Of a DNA stretch of 64,000 nucleotides, positions 29,256 through 38,884 are shown in pieces. The notes beneath the pieces are model-generated. The model ran no database searches. It worked only from the letters and a program-made list of their open reading frames with translations, and was not told the origin of the DNA. Position 1 is the stretch's first letter; the number at the start of each line of letters is the position of its first letter. The stretch comes from Candidatus Saccharimonadota bacterium. GTDB lineage: Bacteria; Patescibacteriota; Saccharimonadia; Saccharimonadales; AWTP1-31. The position numbers were made by a program, and so were the translations under genes. The stretch covers positions 41,273-105,272 of the forward strand of contig JBPOHZ010000016.1 in the NCBI GenBank assembly GCA_052034955.1. Direction: 5' to 3'.

Positions 29256-29284
29256 TTGACTATATTATATACATATGTTAAAAT
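29256..29284 (+). promoter_or_regulatory. Near-consensus sigma70-type promoter TTGACT-17-TAAAAT
   Basis: Read directly from the sequence. It drives an approximately 130-nt leader before ATG 29425. Confidence 0.6.
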
Positions 29285-29424
29285 ATTACTAAGTAACCAG
29301 TCAGCATTGACGCATATCACTTATTTGGTCGCTTGTGATATGTCGAGCTAATAGCGAATCCACGGCTGTTTCTCTTTTTGGGAAGCCGAGACAGGTACTA
29401 CAAATAACCTAACGAGGCGTCCTC

Positions 29425-30168
29425 ATGACCACAACTATGGAGCAGGAATCTGCACATGATTTTTATACTTTAGAAGAACTGCATTTAGTAGAGCCTCTAA
29501 TTGAAGAACCTGAGATTCTTTCTAACTGGAAGTTGAATCGTCTTTTTGGCACCTTAATTGTTGCCCAAGCCCTAGAAGAAAGACGCACATTTGATGGGAC
29601 ACCTCGTGTCATTGGCGCCGATGAAGATGGTAAGGCGATAGAAAGTCCTAACTACAAACTGGATACAATGAAAGCTACAAAGGCCCAAAAAGAGCTTCAC
29701 AACCAAATGCGTAGAGATGGCATATACAATAAAGATGAACATGACATTAGAACAAAATGGGGTAGAATTTGGTCTGCACTACGGATAGATGAAATCCCAA
29801 CTGCGATTATCTATCCCCTTGCAGGTGTACATGACTTTTTCGGCAATACTCGTACCCTACTTCCGGCCGAACTAGAATCTCCACAGTTTTACCGAGCGCT
29901 AGAGCTACAAGAAGTTACAAAAGAAGAATTCCTTAAGCATATAAGAGTCGGTGTAATTAATGTTACCCAGGCATTTGGCGTCACAGAACTGACTACCCAG
30001 GAGAATTTCGACATATTAGTAATGTCAGTCATGATCGATCCCGATAATCCTAACTACCCTTCTAAAACAGACATGATTAAGGGTACCGTTAAAGATATTT
30101 GTAGCAAGATTAAACGAGAAGTCCGTAAAGAAATAGCAAAACGTAAAGCCGCAAAACTAGAAAAATAA
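29425..30168 (+). CDS. Hypothetical protein (247 aa), orphan
   Basis: GAGG RBS 7 nt upstream, own promoter and own terminator. No family recognised. C-terminal Lys-rich helix. Confidence 0.55.
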   Translation: MTTTMEQESAHDFYTLEELHLVEPLIEEPEILSNWKLNRLFGTLIVAQALEERRTFDGTPRVIGADEDGKAIESPNYKLDTMKATKAQKELHNQMRRDGIYNKDEHDIRTKWGRIWSALRIDEIPTAIIYPLAGVHDFFGNTRTLLPAELESPQFYRALELQEVTKEEFLKHIRVGVINVTQAFGVTELTTQENFDILVMSVMIDPDNPNYPSKTDMIKGTVKDICSKIKREVRKEIAKRKAAKLEK

Positions 30169-30171
30169 AAA

Positions 30172-30196
30172 ACACCCAGGAAACCCGGGTGTTTTT
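30172..30196. terminator. Bidirectional rho-independent terminator (orphan gene / tsf)
   Basis: ACACCCaGG-aaa-CCcGGGTGT followed by TTTTT, with an A-run on the other side. Confidence 0.8.
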
Positions 30197-30212
30197 ATGC
30201 ACCTAATTAATG

Positions 30213-30809
30213 TTAGGAAATCTCGCCTAGCACTAATCGCTCGAAGCGACGTACTACAACGTTTTCACCTAGTTTTGCATTTGCTTCTTTCACAAGAGCG
30301 CCAACTGTCACATCAGGGTTCTTAATGAACGGCTGATCTAATAGACAAAGTTCGGCAAAATGCTTTTTAAGCATGCCTTCAACGATGTTATCAAGCATGT
30401 TTTCTGGCTTGCCTTCACCTTTTGCTTTTTCGGTGAATTCTGCCTTTTTGGCTTCTCGATCTTCTGCAGGAATATCATCTACGCTTGTGTAAACGGGAGC
30501 GGCTGCTGCAATATGCATTGCAACATCTTTAACTAGCTCTGCAAAACCTTCGGTTCGAGCCACAAAGTCTGTTTCACAGTTTACTTCTACAAGTACACCG
30601 ATACGTCCATCGTGGTTGTATGTACCAATGGTACCCTGACGAGCTTCACGCTCACCACGCTTTTCGGCCTTTGTAAGACCTTTTTTGCGCATAGCTTCTA
30701 ATGCTTTATCAAAATCACCATCAGCTTCTTCTAACGCCTTCTTGGCATCGGTCAAACCAACGCCGGTTAGGCTTTTTAGTCGCTTAATGTCATCGATTGA
30801 TACTTTCAT
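30213..30809 (-). CDS. tsf: Elongation factor Ts (short, 198-aa form)
   Basis: UBA-like N-terminus IKRLKSLTGVGLTDAKKALEEADGDFDKALEAMRKKG. Confidence 0.92.
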   Translation of the reverse strand: MKVSIDDIKRLKSLTGVGLTDAKKALEEADGDFDKALEAMRKKGLTKAEKRGEREARQGTIGTYNHDGRIGVLVEVNCETDFVARTEGFAELVKDVAMHIAAAAPVYTSVDDIPAEDREAKKAEFTEKAKGEGKPENMLDNIVEGMLKKHFAELCLLDQPFIKNPDVTVGALVKEANAKLGENVVVRRFERLVLGEIS

Positions 30810-30812
30810 TTG

Positions 30813-31547
30813 CTAGGCCTCCACCTTCTCTGTTTTATCTGCGGTTTTTGCAACTTTTTGCTTAGATTTGCCTTCTTCGATAGCTTGTTTTACGTAGTCC
30901 ATGATTAACTGCACAGTTTTAATGGCATCATCATTAGCAGGAATAACGTAATCGATATCAGTAGGATCAACGTTTGTATCTGCGATGGCAATAGTCTTAA
31001 TACCAAGCTTTTTAGCTTCTTTAAGAGCGTTCTGTTCGTTTAGAACATCAACAACAAAAACTGCACCAAAGTTTTCGTCTAGGTCTTTGATACCACCAAA
31101 TAGGTGATTAAGTTGGTCAATTTCTTCCTGGAACCGTTGTACTTCTAGCTTGTTATACTTTGCTTCCAAAGCACCGGCAGCCATGCGGACTTCGAGGTCC
31201 TTGACGTGCTTGATTCGCTCACCCATAGTCTTCTTGTTGGTTAGCATTCCGCCAAGCCAACGCTCAACGACATAAGGCATTCCAGTCTCTAAGGCTGTTG
31301 CCTTAACGATATCCTTGGACTGCCTTTTAGTACCAACAAGCAAGACCTGCTTGTTGCTTGCAACTGTTTTAGTAATAAATGCTAACGCCTCGTCTAGACC
31401 TTCGGCGGTCTTTGTTAGGTCGATAATATGAACACCTTCACGCTTGCTGTGAATGTAAGGTGCCATTTTAGGGTGCCAACGGCTGGTCTTATGACCGAAA
31501 TGGGCTCCGGCGGCTAATAATGCTTTAACGTCGACTTCAACAGCCAT
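30813..31547 (-). CDS. rpsB: 30S ribosomal protein S2
   Basis: Trimmed to MAVEVDVKALLAAGAHFGHKTSRWHPKM (AAAGGA RBS upstream). Confidence 0.95.
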   Translation of the reverse strand: MAVEVDVKALLAAGAHFGHKTSRWHPKMAPYIHSKREGVHIIDLTKTAEGLDEALAFITKTVASNKQVLLVGTKRQSKDIVKATALETGMPYVVERWLGGMLTNKKTMGERIKHVKDLEVRMAAGALEAKYNKLEVQRFQEEIDQLNHLFGGIKDLDENFGAVFVVDVLNEQNALKEAKKLGIKTIAIADTNVDPTDIDYVIPANDDAIKTVQLIMDYVKQAIEEGKSKQKVAKTADKTEKVEA

Positions 31548-31685
31548 GTTAAATCCTTTCACTTCGGTGATGACTTACCCGGATTGTCCTACACGGAGCA
31601 ATCAAGGAGGATTAATATCTTCACCTGCTTAATTGATAGTAAAGCTATTGTAACAGATAAGATTAAACTATTCAACAGATTAGTG

Positions 31686-31714
31686 TTGACCACTTCACCC
31701 CTGATGTGTATAAT
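31686..31714 (+). promoter_or_regulatory. Promoter TTGACC-17-TATAAT for rpmE
   Basis: Read directly. 12 nt separate the -10 box from ATG 31727, with no SD. Confidence 0.6.
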
Positions 31715-31726
31715 TGGGCTTTGATT

Positions 31727-32080
31727 ATGAAGAAAGACTTACACCCCAAGAATTACCGTCTAGTTGTTTTTAAAGATCTAAACAACGATGAAATGTTTTT
31801 AACTCGTTCTACAGTAGCTAGTGACGAGACTATTAAGTACACCGACGGCAATGAATATCCTCTAGTAACCGTTCACATTAGTAGCGCTTCTCACCCATTC
31901 TTTACTGGACAGGAAAAGATGATCGACATCGAAGGTCGTGTTGATCGATTCAAAGCTAAGCAAGAAGCCGCCGCCAAGCGTAAAGAAGCTGCAATTGCTA
32001 AAGCAAACAAAGTTCGTATCCGCAAAAATGCTGATGAAGTTTCAACTCAAAAAGTTGGCACCCCTTCTGTAAAGCAATAA
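31727..32080 (+). CDS. rpmE: 50S ribosomal protein L31, type B (no zinc-binding Cys pairs), with Lys/Ala-rich C-terminal extension
   Basis: [15 protein letters not shown]...[10 protein letters not shown]. No CxxC motif. About 40 extra C-terminal residues. Confidence 0.9.
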   Translation: MKKDLHPKNYRLVVFKDLNNDEMFLTRSTVASDETIKYTDGNEYPLVTVHISSASHPFFTGQEKMIDIEGRVDRFKAKQEAAAKRKEAAIAKANKVRIRKNADEVSTQKVGTPSVKQ

Positions 32081-32095
32081 CTTCATTATTTAAAA

Positions 32096-32129
32096 CAGTC
32101 AGAGCATAGAGTTCTGGCTGTTTTCTTTT
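32096..32129 (+). terminator. Rho-independent terminator after rpmE
   Basis: CAGTCAGA-gcatagagt-TCTGGCTG (one G-U pair) followed by TTTTCTTTT. Confidence 0.65.
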
Positions 32130-32134
32130 ATACT
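32129..32134 (+). promoter_or_regulatory. -10 box TATACT, 8 nt upstream of the prfA ATG (leaderless candidate)
   Basis: TATACT-taaaacca-ATG, with no SD. Confidence 0.4.
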
Positions 32135-32142
32135 TAAAACCA

Positions 32143-33201
32143 ATGAACAAACAACAATCCTTACGAGCCGAACTAGACGAACTACAAGCCGAGCTTTCTG
32201 ACCCAGCAATTTTTAGCTCCCCGAAGTATCCCAAAATAGCCAAAAGACAGAGTGAACTAGAAAAGACCTTGGCCCTTTTTGATGAGCTATATAAACTTGA
32301 GTCTCAATTCAAAGAAGCGACCGTTATGAGTCAAGACTCGGACACCGAAATGGCTGCCATGGCAAAGGAAGAGCTTGTAGTGATTACCGACCGTAAGAAT
32401 GTTGTGGAAGCGGAGCTTTCTGAACTACTTACTCCTAAGGACCCGAATGATGATCGAGATGCAATTGTCGAAATTCGAGCAGCAGCTGGTGGAGACGAAG
32501 CCAGTCTATTTGCCGGTGATCTTTTTAGAATGTACACCAGATGGTGTGAAACAAGGAACTTCAAAGTCGAATTGATAGACGAGAGTCCTAGTGAAGTTGG
32601 TGGGTTTAAGGAAGTAATCTTCGCCGTAAGAGGCCTGGAAGTTTACAAAAGCCTTAAGTTCGAGGCAGGCGTACATCGAGTTCAACGAGTTCCAAGTACC
32701 GAGAGTCAAGGTCGAATCCATACCAGTACTGTAACCGTATCAGTCCTTCCAGAAGCAGAAGAAACAGATATCGAGATTAACCCCGCCGACCTCCGGATTG
32801 ATGTCTATCGCAGTAGTGGACATGGCGGACAGAGCGTTAATACCACCGATTCAGCAGTGCGTATCACCCATATCCCGTCAGGATTAGTCGTTACTTGTCA
32901 GGACGAAAAATCACAGATCAAGAACAAAGATAAGGCTATGGGAGTTCTCAGGTCTAGATTGCTTCAGATAAAAATAGACGAGGAACAGAAACAACTTAGT
33001 GAAAATCGCAAAAAACTTATTGGTTCCGGAGATCGTAGCGAAAAAATCCGCACCTATAATTTCCCACAAGATAGAATTACTGATCACCGCATTGGTTACA
33101 GCCGAAGCAATATACCAGTGGCACTTAGTGGCGACATCAATGATCTTATTGAAGCACTGCAAGAATATGAACGGCAGCTGATAAATAATGAAAATAGCTG
33201 A
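32143..33201 (+). CDS. prfA: Peptide chain release factor 1
   Basis: PxT tripeptide ([14 protein letters not shown]) and GGQ ([11 protein letters not shown]). Confidence 0.96.
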   Translation: MNKQQSLRAELDELQAELSDPAIFSSPKYPKIAKRQSELEKTLALFDELYKLESQFKEATVMSQDSDTEMAAMAKEELVVITDRKNVVEAELSELLTPKDPNDDRDAIVEIRAAAGGDEASLFAGDLFRMYTRWCETRNFKVELIDESPSEVGGFKEVIFAVRGLEVYKSLKFEAGVHRVQRVPSTESQGRIHTSTVTVSVLPEAEETDIEINPADLRIDVYRSSGHGGQSVNTTDSAVRITHIPSGLVVTCQDEKSQIKNKDKAMGVLRSRLLQIKIDEEQKQLSENRKKLIGSGDRSEKIRTYNFPQDRITDHRIGYSRSNIPVALSGDINDLIEALQEYERQLINNENS

Positions 33202-34018
33202 TTGGCTTAAAACCAATACCATAAAGCTTGAGACAGCTGGGATCGATACTGCCCGGCTGGATTGTTTAGTCCTTCTAAGCGACGCCCTGAAGACCGATAA
33301 GGCTCATATACTGTCGTACCCGGAACAGGAGATTGAAGAGCATAAAATCACTGAATTGAACACAAAAATTACCCAAAGAAAAAAGCACCTTCCCCTTGCC
33401 TATATCAGGGGTGAATCCGAGTTTTTTGGCAGAAATTTTATAGTCGACGACACCGTTTTAGTGCCTAGGCCAGAATCAGAATCGATCATCGAAGTGCTAA
33501 ATAATACCACCGATCTAACGACTATTATAGATGTTGGTACGGGCTCTGGTGCGCTTGCCATAACCGCCAAGTTAGAGCACCCTGGTTCTGATGTATATGC
33601 CCTAGATATTAGTGAGCAGTGTGTTAATTTAGCAAGTAAAAATGCTGACGTTAATAAAACTCATATCGAAATACTAATTAGTGACCTACTTGATCAGCTT
33701 CCACCAAAGGTTCTTAATGGCTCTTCAATACTGGCTAACCTTCCGTATGTACCAAATAGTTTGCAGCTAAACTCTGCCGCAGATCATGAACCAAAAATAG
33801 CAATATTTGGTGGCGAAGACGGCCTTGATCTATACAGAAGATTGTTCAAACAACTCCAGGATGCAAGACCTGGTGCCGTAGTGAACTGTATTATTACCGA
33901 GTCGATACCTTTTCAACATAAACAGCTCGATAAGCTAGCTAATAGTTATGGATTTGAACTAGATACCACACTTGGCTATGCCCAGAGGTTTATTCCTCGG
34001 GAACGGCTTCTAGCGTAA
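33188..34018 (+). CDS. prmC: Release-factor glutamine N5-methyltransferase PrmC/HemK
   Basis: Overlaps the prfA end. SAM motif [14 protein letters not shown]-type motif present as NLPY. Confidence 0.85.
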   Translation: MKIADWLKTNTIKLETAGIDTARLDCLVLLSDALKTDKAHILSYPEQEIEEHKITELNTKITQRKKHLPLAYIRGESEFFGRNFIVDDTVLVPRPESESIIEVLNNTTDLTTIIDVGTGSGALAITAKLEHPGSDVYALDISEQCVNLASKNADVNKTHIEILISDLLDQLPPKVLNGSSILANLPYVPNSLQLNSAADHEPKIAIFGGEDGLDLYRRLFKQLQDARPGAVVNCIITESIPFQHKQLDKLANSYGFELDTTLGYAQRFIPRERLLA

Positions 34019-35162
34019 CCTTAACGGTTATTGTCTTACCCTCTCGTATCACAGTAAGGCTGACAGTATCACCAACTGAGCTACGACCAAGTATAGATGT
34101 AAGACTATTACTTTCGTCTATTGCCACACCATCTATCTTGGTAATTACATCTTTTTCTTTTAACCCGGCTTTAGATGCAGGGCTATCTTTTAAGATGGCC
34201 GGCTGTCCCTGGGATGGGGCTAGATATGCACCCCTCTTGGTGCTCAAGTTGTACTGGTAGGCATAATCGTCGGTTAGTGATACATATCGTACTCCCAGAT
34301 ACGGCCTAAGTAATTTACCTTCTTTGAGAACGCTTTTGATCAGTCCCTGAACATCATTAATAGGAATAGAGAAACCAATGTTTTCTGCGTCACCACCTGC
34401 AACGGCCGTATTAATGCCGATTACCTGACTACTTGTATTTACTAATGGCCCGCCCGAATTACCCCTATTAATGGCAGTATCCGTCTGAAACAAATTTTGT
34501 AAGGATTCACTTGCTGATCCTGATCCATCACCAGCTTCGATGTTTCTGCCAAAGCCCGAGATAATGCCACTGGTAACAGTGTTCTGAAACTGCCCCAGTG
34601 CGTTACCGATTGCAACTACTTTATCACCGACTTGAACCTTACTAGAGTCTGCAATAACTGCAGCTTTTAGTTTTTTGCCCTGCATATTATTAACTTTCAA
34701 AAACGCAACGTCTAAGGTATCTCCGTCGTTCGTCCTTCCAATAATAGATACATCCGTTAGTTCTGTGCCATCCGATAAAGTGACAGTTACTTTTTCCGTG
34801 CCGGTTGGGACTACGTGTCTGTTGGTGATAATGACGCCGCTCGTACTGATAATGACTCCCGTTCCAGCACTTTCACCACGTTGCTGGGAGGGCCCAAATA
34901 GTCCCTGTGTACTTGTTAAGCCAGTAACGTTAACAGATACGACACTAGGTCCTACATCCTTAGCGATCTTGTTTATTAACTGACTCTCGCTTGCAATTAT
35001 CTGCTGCTGAGCCTGTGAGCTACCAGTATCAAGTGTATTATCTGTTCTTGCCCCAGCCCATCCTCCTAAGAATCCTAGGCTTAGACAAAATACTAAAAAT
35101 AGTAATCGCTCGGCTGCGGTTTTACTAATAGTACGTCTTGAAGAATTATTATCATTCTGCAT
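33990..35162 (-). CDS. HtrA/DegP-family serine protease with PDZ domain
   Basis: Trimmed to MQNDNNSS (GGGAGG RBS upstream). ITNRHVV (His) and RGNSGGPLVN (Ser). N-terminal TM and C-terminal PDZ. Confidence 0.9.
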   Translation of the reverse strand: MQNDNNSSRRTISKTAAERLLFLVFCLSLGFLGGWAGARTDNTLDTGSSQAQQQIIASESQLINKIAKDVGPSVVSVNVTGLTSTQGLFGPSQQRGESAGTGVIISTSGVIITNRHVVPTGTEKVTVTLSDGTELTDVSIIGRTNDGDTLDVAFLKVNNMQGKKLKAAVIADSSKVQVGDKVVAIGNALGQFQNTVTSGIISGFGRNIEAGDGSGSASESLQNLFQTDTAINRGNSGGPLVNTSSQVIGINTAVAGGDAENIGFSIPINDVQGLIKSVLKEGKLLRPYLGVRYVSLTDDYAYQYNLSTKRGAYLAPSQGQPAILKDSPASKAGLKEKDVITKIDGVAIDESNSLTSILGRSSVGDTVSLTVIREGKTITVKVTLEAVPEE

Positions 35163-35176
35163 AACCACCCCTCCCT

Positions 35177-35932
35177 TTAAATTGCCTTGTCTCCCCATTC
35201 AGAGAAAGTCAGTACGATAATTGTCACTGCAAAAATAACAAACACTATCTGCCGTCGCAACACTATAGAAGATCTATCGGACTTTTCTAGGTAATAGATG
35301 CCGCCCAGTCCAAAGCCAATTACAGACAGCAGTAATGCTGGCTGGGCTACGGGACCATAAAACAATAGCCAATGCCCAAGCACCCAAGTTAGAGCACCAG
35401 CAAAATATGCCCACACCGCAGACAAGAATCTAACGTGCGACTCCTCAAAGCTGCCAAAAAAGTGTCTGGCAGACATGTAGCAGACTAGCCACGCACCAAC
35501 GACAATTACAGCTAAGGATGCTCCGCCCCAAGCCATAAACAAAGAACCGAGCCCAATTGATTGTGCAACTAAGGCTTGCAGCGATACACCGAAAGATCCA
35601 GATTGAGGCTTCAAGACCAATAGCCAAATGCCGTACAGCAGCGCCCAAAGAAGCTGTAGAGCTCCGCTATTAGCATTAATCATGAACAGTAATGCCGATA
35701 ACCCAACCACAATATCAACCGCATTGGCTCGGATATTTGCCGGCCAGTGCCTAGGCTTAACAGCAAACATTCGCCATTTGCTCAACAGAATAAGAGCCAC
35801 GCCTAATGGAAAAGGCGAAAATTTTAGCCTCACTAAGACTAGCAAGACTACTGGCAACAAGCACATTAGGGCTATGTGGATGAAATGTGAAAACCCTGCT
35901 TTAGGTTTTATTTTTGCTGGTATTTGCCTCAT
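35177..35932 (-). CDS. Hypothetical polytopic membrane protein
   Basis: 251 aa with roughly 7 hydrophobic segments. No family recognised. Confidence 0.55.
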   Translation of the reverse strand: MRQIPAKIKPKAGFSHFIHIALMCLLPVVLLVLVRLKFSPFPLGVALILLSKWRMFAVKPRHWPANIRANAVDIVVGLSALLFMINANSGALQLLWALLYGIWLLVLKPQSGSFGVSLQALVAQSIGLGSLFMAWGGASLAVIVVGAWLVCYMSARHFFGSFEESHVRFLSAVWAYFAGALTWVLGHWLLFYGPVAQPALLLSVIGFGLGGIYYLEKSDRSSIVLRRQIVFVIFAVTIIVLTFSEWGDKAI

Positions 35933-36030
35933 GACTTATGACTAATTATAACAAAAATACTGAATAATTGCTGAGACTAGAACTTAATGAATACTTGTGC
36001 TTATTACGTGCATATTGGTGCTTGGTACAG

Positions 36031-36036
36031 TATAGT
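36031..36036 (+). promoter_or_regulatory. -10 box TATAGT, 8 nt upstream of the lepB ATG (leaderless candidate)
   Basis: TATAGT-taaacgat-ATG, with no SD. Confidence 0.4.
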
Positions 36037-36044
36037 TAAACGAT

Positions 36045-36779
36045 ATGGATTCAAACCAACAGCCTAATAAAGATCTAGCCGAGCCGGTGGTTATTACTGC
36101 CACTGATCCAGTGGTAGACCCAGGTAAGGCGCCGACCGTAATATCTAACGACGCAACTCCGGAAGAGGTTGAGGCCGAGAACAATTCCGCAGAGAACAGC
36201 AAAAAAGAAGGAATAAAGGGCATACTATCGACTGTCGCCATTCTGATCATAGCTCCTCTCATTGCCTTAAGCCTTACGGCATTTGTATTTCAGTCATATG
36301 AGGTTGACGGCCCAAGTATGGAGACTACATTACAGAATCATGACAGATTAATCGTCTACAAATTGCCTCGAACACTCTCCAAACTAACTCGAAACAGCTA
36401 CACCCCTAAGCGCGCAGAGGTAGTCATATTTACTCGTCAAGACGACTACACTGCCGGAGTTGCTAAGTCTAGACAACTTATAAAAAGGGTTATCGCTTTG
36501 CCCGGTGAGAGGGTGGTCGTGAAGGACAACAAAATAACTGTCTATAACGACGAGAAGCCAGAGGGATTTAACCCTGACGAAATAGCCCCCTACGGCAAGG
36601 TGATTGGCAATACAAGTGGCGACGTAGATCTTGTAGTGCCCGACGATTCAATCTTTGTCTGTGGTGACAACAGAGCACAATCCCTTGATTCAAGAGCTTT
36701 CGGACCGGTTAAATTAAAGGACCTCGTCGGACGACTTTCCTTACGTGTCTACCCTTTTAATAAAGGTCAGAGTTTCTAG
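36045..36779 (+). CDS. lepB: Signal peptidase I (S26)
   Basis: GPSMETTL, IKRVIALPGE and GDNRAQSLDSR boxes. Confidence 0.9.
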   Translation: MDSNQQPNKDLAEPVVITATDPVVDPGKAPTVISNDATPEEVEAENNSAENSKKEGIKGILSTVAILIIAPLIALSLTAFVFQSYEVDGPSMETTLQNHDRLIVYKLPRTLSKLTRNSYTPKRAEVVIFTRQDDYTAGVAKSRQLIKRVIALPGERVVVKDNKITVYNDEKPEGFNPDEIAPYGKVIGNTSGDVDLVVPDDSIFVCGDNRAQSLDSRAFGPVKLKDLVGRLSLRVYPFNKGQSF

Positions 36780-37636
36780 TTAATACTAGCGATCTGATCG
36801 GTAAGTCGCTTTAGTTCTTCATCATCCTTAAAACTAATCTCTAATTTTCCACCTTTGGCGGTACGTCGTAAGCTTACTGGAGTATTCAACACCTTAGTCA
36901 ATCTAACTGTTTGAGGTGAAGTTGTAGCTACCTTTTTCTTGGCATCTGTCTGGGTTTTTGCTCCTTCTTTTTGAGCTGTTACAAATCTTTCCGCCTGGCG
37001 AACCGACCACCCGTTACTGATAATCAAATTTAGGAGCTGCAACTGCGACTTCAGATCTTTTATTGCCAATATACTTCTTGCATGACCTTCGGTAATCTTC
37101 TTTTCGGTAAGAGCTTGTTTTACTTCTTCTGGTAGACGAATTAGCCTTGCCGTATTTTTAATGGTCGTAGATGCTTTACCCAATTTTTTTGCGATTGTAT
37201 CGTAGTTTAAACTGAATTGATCATGTAGATATTCAATTGATGCGGCTTGTTCAAGCGGAGAAAGATTTACTCTTTGAACATTCTCGACTAATGCCAGCTC
37301 TAATCTTTGTAGCTGTTTGGTGGTTCGAACAATTCCTGGAACTGCTTTAAGACCCGCTTTTTTAGCAGCCCGCCATCTTCTTTCTCCAGCGATAATATAA
37401 TACTGCTGACCATTAGGAGTAACAACCAATGGCTGTAATATGCCATGTTCTTTAATCGAAGAAGCGAGGCCGGTGAGTTCTTCGTCATTAAAGATCAACC
37501 TTGGTTGCTCTGGGTTAGCAACTAGATCATCAATTTTTATTGAGATTATTTTTTCTGATTCGCTTGCAAGAATTGTGCTATCAAAATTTTGGGGGATTAA
37601 TGAGTCGAATCCTCGACCTAGCTTGTTAGTTGACAT
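36776..37636 (-). CDS. parB: Chromosome partitioning protein ParB/Spo0J
   Basis: GILQPLVV...IIAGERRWRAAKKAG plus an HTH segment. Confidence 0.9.
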   Translation of the reverse strand: MSTNKLGRGFDSLIPQNFDSTILASESEKIISIKIDDLVANPEQPRLIFNDEELTGLASSIKEHGILQPLVVTPNGQQYYIIAGERRWRAAKKAGLKAVPGIVRTTKQLQRLELALVENVQRVNLSPLEQAASIEYLHDQFSLNYDTIAKKLGKASTTIKNTARLIRLPEEVKQALTEKKITEGHARSILAIKDLKSQLQLLNLIISNGWSVRQAERFVTAQKEGAKTQTDAKKKVATTSPQTVRLTKVLNTPVSLRRTAKGGKLEISFKDDEELKRLTDQIASIN

Positions 37637-38384
37637 GAGTTAATACCTCTTTTGCTAAATTTTTGTAACTTCGTGCACCTTTTGACCATTTATCATGTTC
37701 AAGAATAGACTTTCCGAAACTTGGTGCCTCGGCTAATCTAACATTTCTTGGGATAACTGTGTTCATTAGTTTTTCGCCAATATGTTTTTTCAATTCCTGA
37801 ACTACCTGCTCGCTCAACGATGTGCGACTATCATACATAGTCACAAAGACGCCTAGTAATTCCAACCCAGGATTTAGACCCTGTCTTACTCTTTGGATAA
37901 TATCCAATAATTGGCCAAGTCCCTCTAACGCATAGTATTCAGCCTGAACAGGTATTAATACAGAGTTCGCGGCAGTTAGGGCGTTAATACTAAGAAGTCC
38001 TAAAGATGGAGGGCAATCTATAAGAACAATGTCGTAATCAAGTAATTCAAGTGCAGCCTTGAGCTTGGACTCTCTTTGTAATTCTTGAGCAAGATCCACT
38101 TCTGCAGCAGCCAAGTTGGCATTTGCCGGAATGATGGCTACATCGGCTATGGAAGTATTCTTTATTACCTGCGCAGTTTGGGTCGAATCAAAAAGTATGT
38201 CGTAAACTGTCGAATCTAAACTATGCTTATCAATACCTAGACCACTTGTTGCATTTCCCTGAGGATCTAAGTCAACAATTAATACTCGTCTGTCTGCCTT
38301 TGCAAGATACGCAGCCAGGTTAATAGTAGAGGTCGTTTTGCCAACCCCTCCCTTTTGATTCAAAACAGCAATAACAGTACTCAT
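37626..38384 (-). CDS. parA: Chromosome partitioning ATPase ParA/Soj
   Basis: Deviant Walker A NQKGGVGKTT. The start could alternatively be GTG at 38393. Confidence 0.92.
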   Translation of the reverse strand: MSTVIAVLNQKGGVGKTTSTINLAAYLAKADRRVLIVDLDPQGNATSGLGIDKHSLDSTVYDILFDSTQTAQVIKNTSIADVAIIPANANLAAAEVDLAQELQRESKLKAALELLDYDIVLIDCPPSLGLLSINALTAANSVLIPVQAEYYALEGLGQLLDIIQRVRQGLNPGLELLGVFVTMYDSRTSLSEQVVQELKKHIGEKLMNTVIPRNVRLAEAPSFGKSILEHDKWSKGARSYKNLAKEVLTHVN

Positions 38385-38483
38385 GTCTTCCACCTATTTA
38401 ACCATAAGCCTAAGTGATATGCCACCCAGGTTAAGCACTAGCATTATAGTGCTAGCTTAATAATACTTATGTATAATTTTGGG

Positions 38484-38522
38484 TATAAAAATAGAGTAGC
38501 TACAAATTGCAACTACTCTATT
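38484..38522 (-). terminator. Rho-independent terminator after rplU
   Basis: Minus strand has a 10-bp stem AATAGAGTAG / CTACTCTATT followed by a TTTTATA run. Confidence 0.7.
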
Positions 38523-38529
38523 GATAGAA

Positions 38530-38844
38530 CTAGGCGATCTTCTTGATAGTGATCTGCGCGCTGCGCTGACGATGGCCACGTACCTTACGGACACGCTTCT
38601 TAGCCTTATAACGGATAGCTAGGACTTTGTCCCCAACAACCTGCTCTTCGGCTACATCTGCAGTTACTTTTACCCCTGTTACCTCAGGTGTTCCGATTTT
38701 AACATCGGTGCCATCAATAACCATTAAAGGAGCGAAAGTTACAGATTTATCGTCACCGAGAAGCTCAACATTTAATGTCTCGCCTTCAGCTACTAGATAT
38801 TGCTTACCGCCAGTGGCGATAACTGCTTTTTTTACATTGCTCAT
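38530..38844 (-). CDS. rplU: 50S ribosomal protein L21
   Basis: MSNVKKAVIATGGKQYLVAEGETLNVE... Confidence 0.95.
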   Translation of the reverse strand: MSNVKKAVIATGGKQYLVAEGETLNVELLGDDKSVTFAPLMVIDGTDVKIGTPEVTGVKVTADVAEEQVVGDKVLAIRYKAKKRVRKVRGHRQRSAQITIKKIA

Positions 38845-38850
38845 CAGTAG

Positions 38851-38859
38851 ATCTTAACA
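38851..38859 (-). promoter_or_regulatory. Extended -10 (TGTTAAGAT), 6 nt upstream of the rplU ATG (leaderless candidate)
   Basis: Minus strand reads TGT-TAAGAT-ctactg-ATG. Confidence 0.4.
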
Positions 38860-38884
38860 GATTGAGAGCCAGCTGTAAAGTGTC

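Noticed and set aside
31563-31680. The rpsB upstream hairpin (GATTGCTCC-GTGT-AGGACAATC) as an S2 autoregulatory leader.
   Set aside because: A single approximately 8-bp hairpin is visible. I cannot match it to the known rpsB leader pseudoknot from memory, so the support is too weak for a call.
36776-38529. An oriC or parS site next to parAB.
   Set aside because: I found no TTATCCACA-type DnaA boxes and no full TGTTNCACGTGAAACA parS in the parA upstream spacer, and no dnaA/dnaN nearby. Only a short inverted repeat (AGCACT/AGTGCT) and the rplU terminator are visible.
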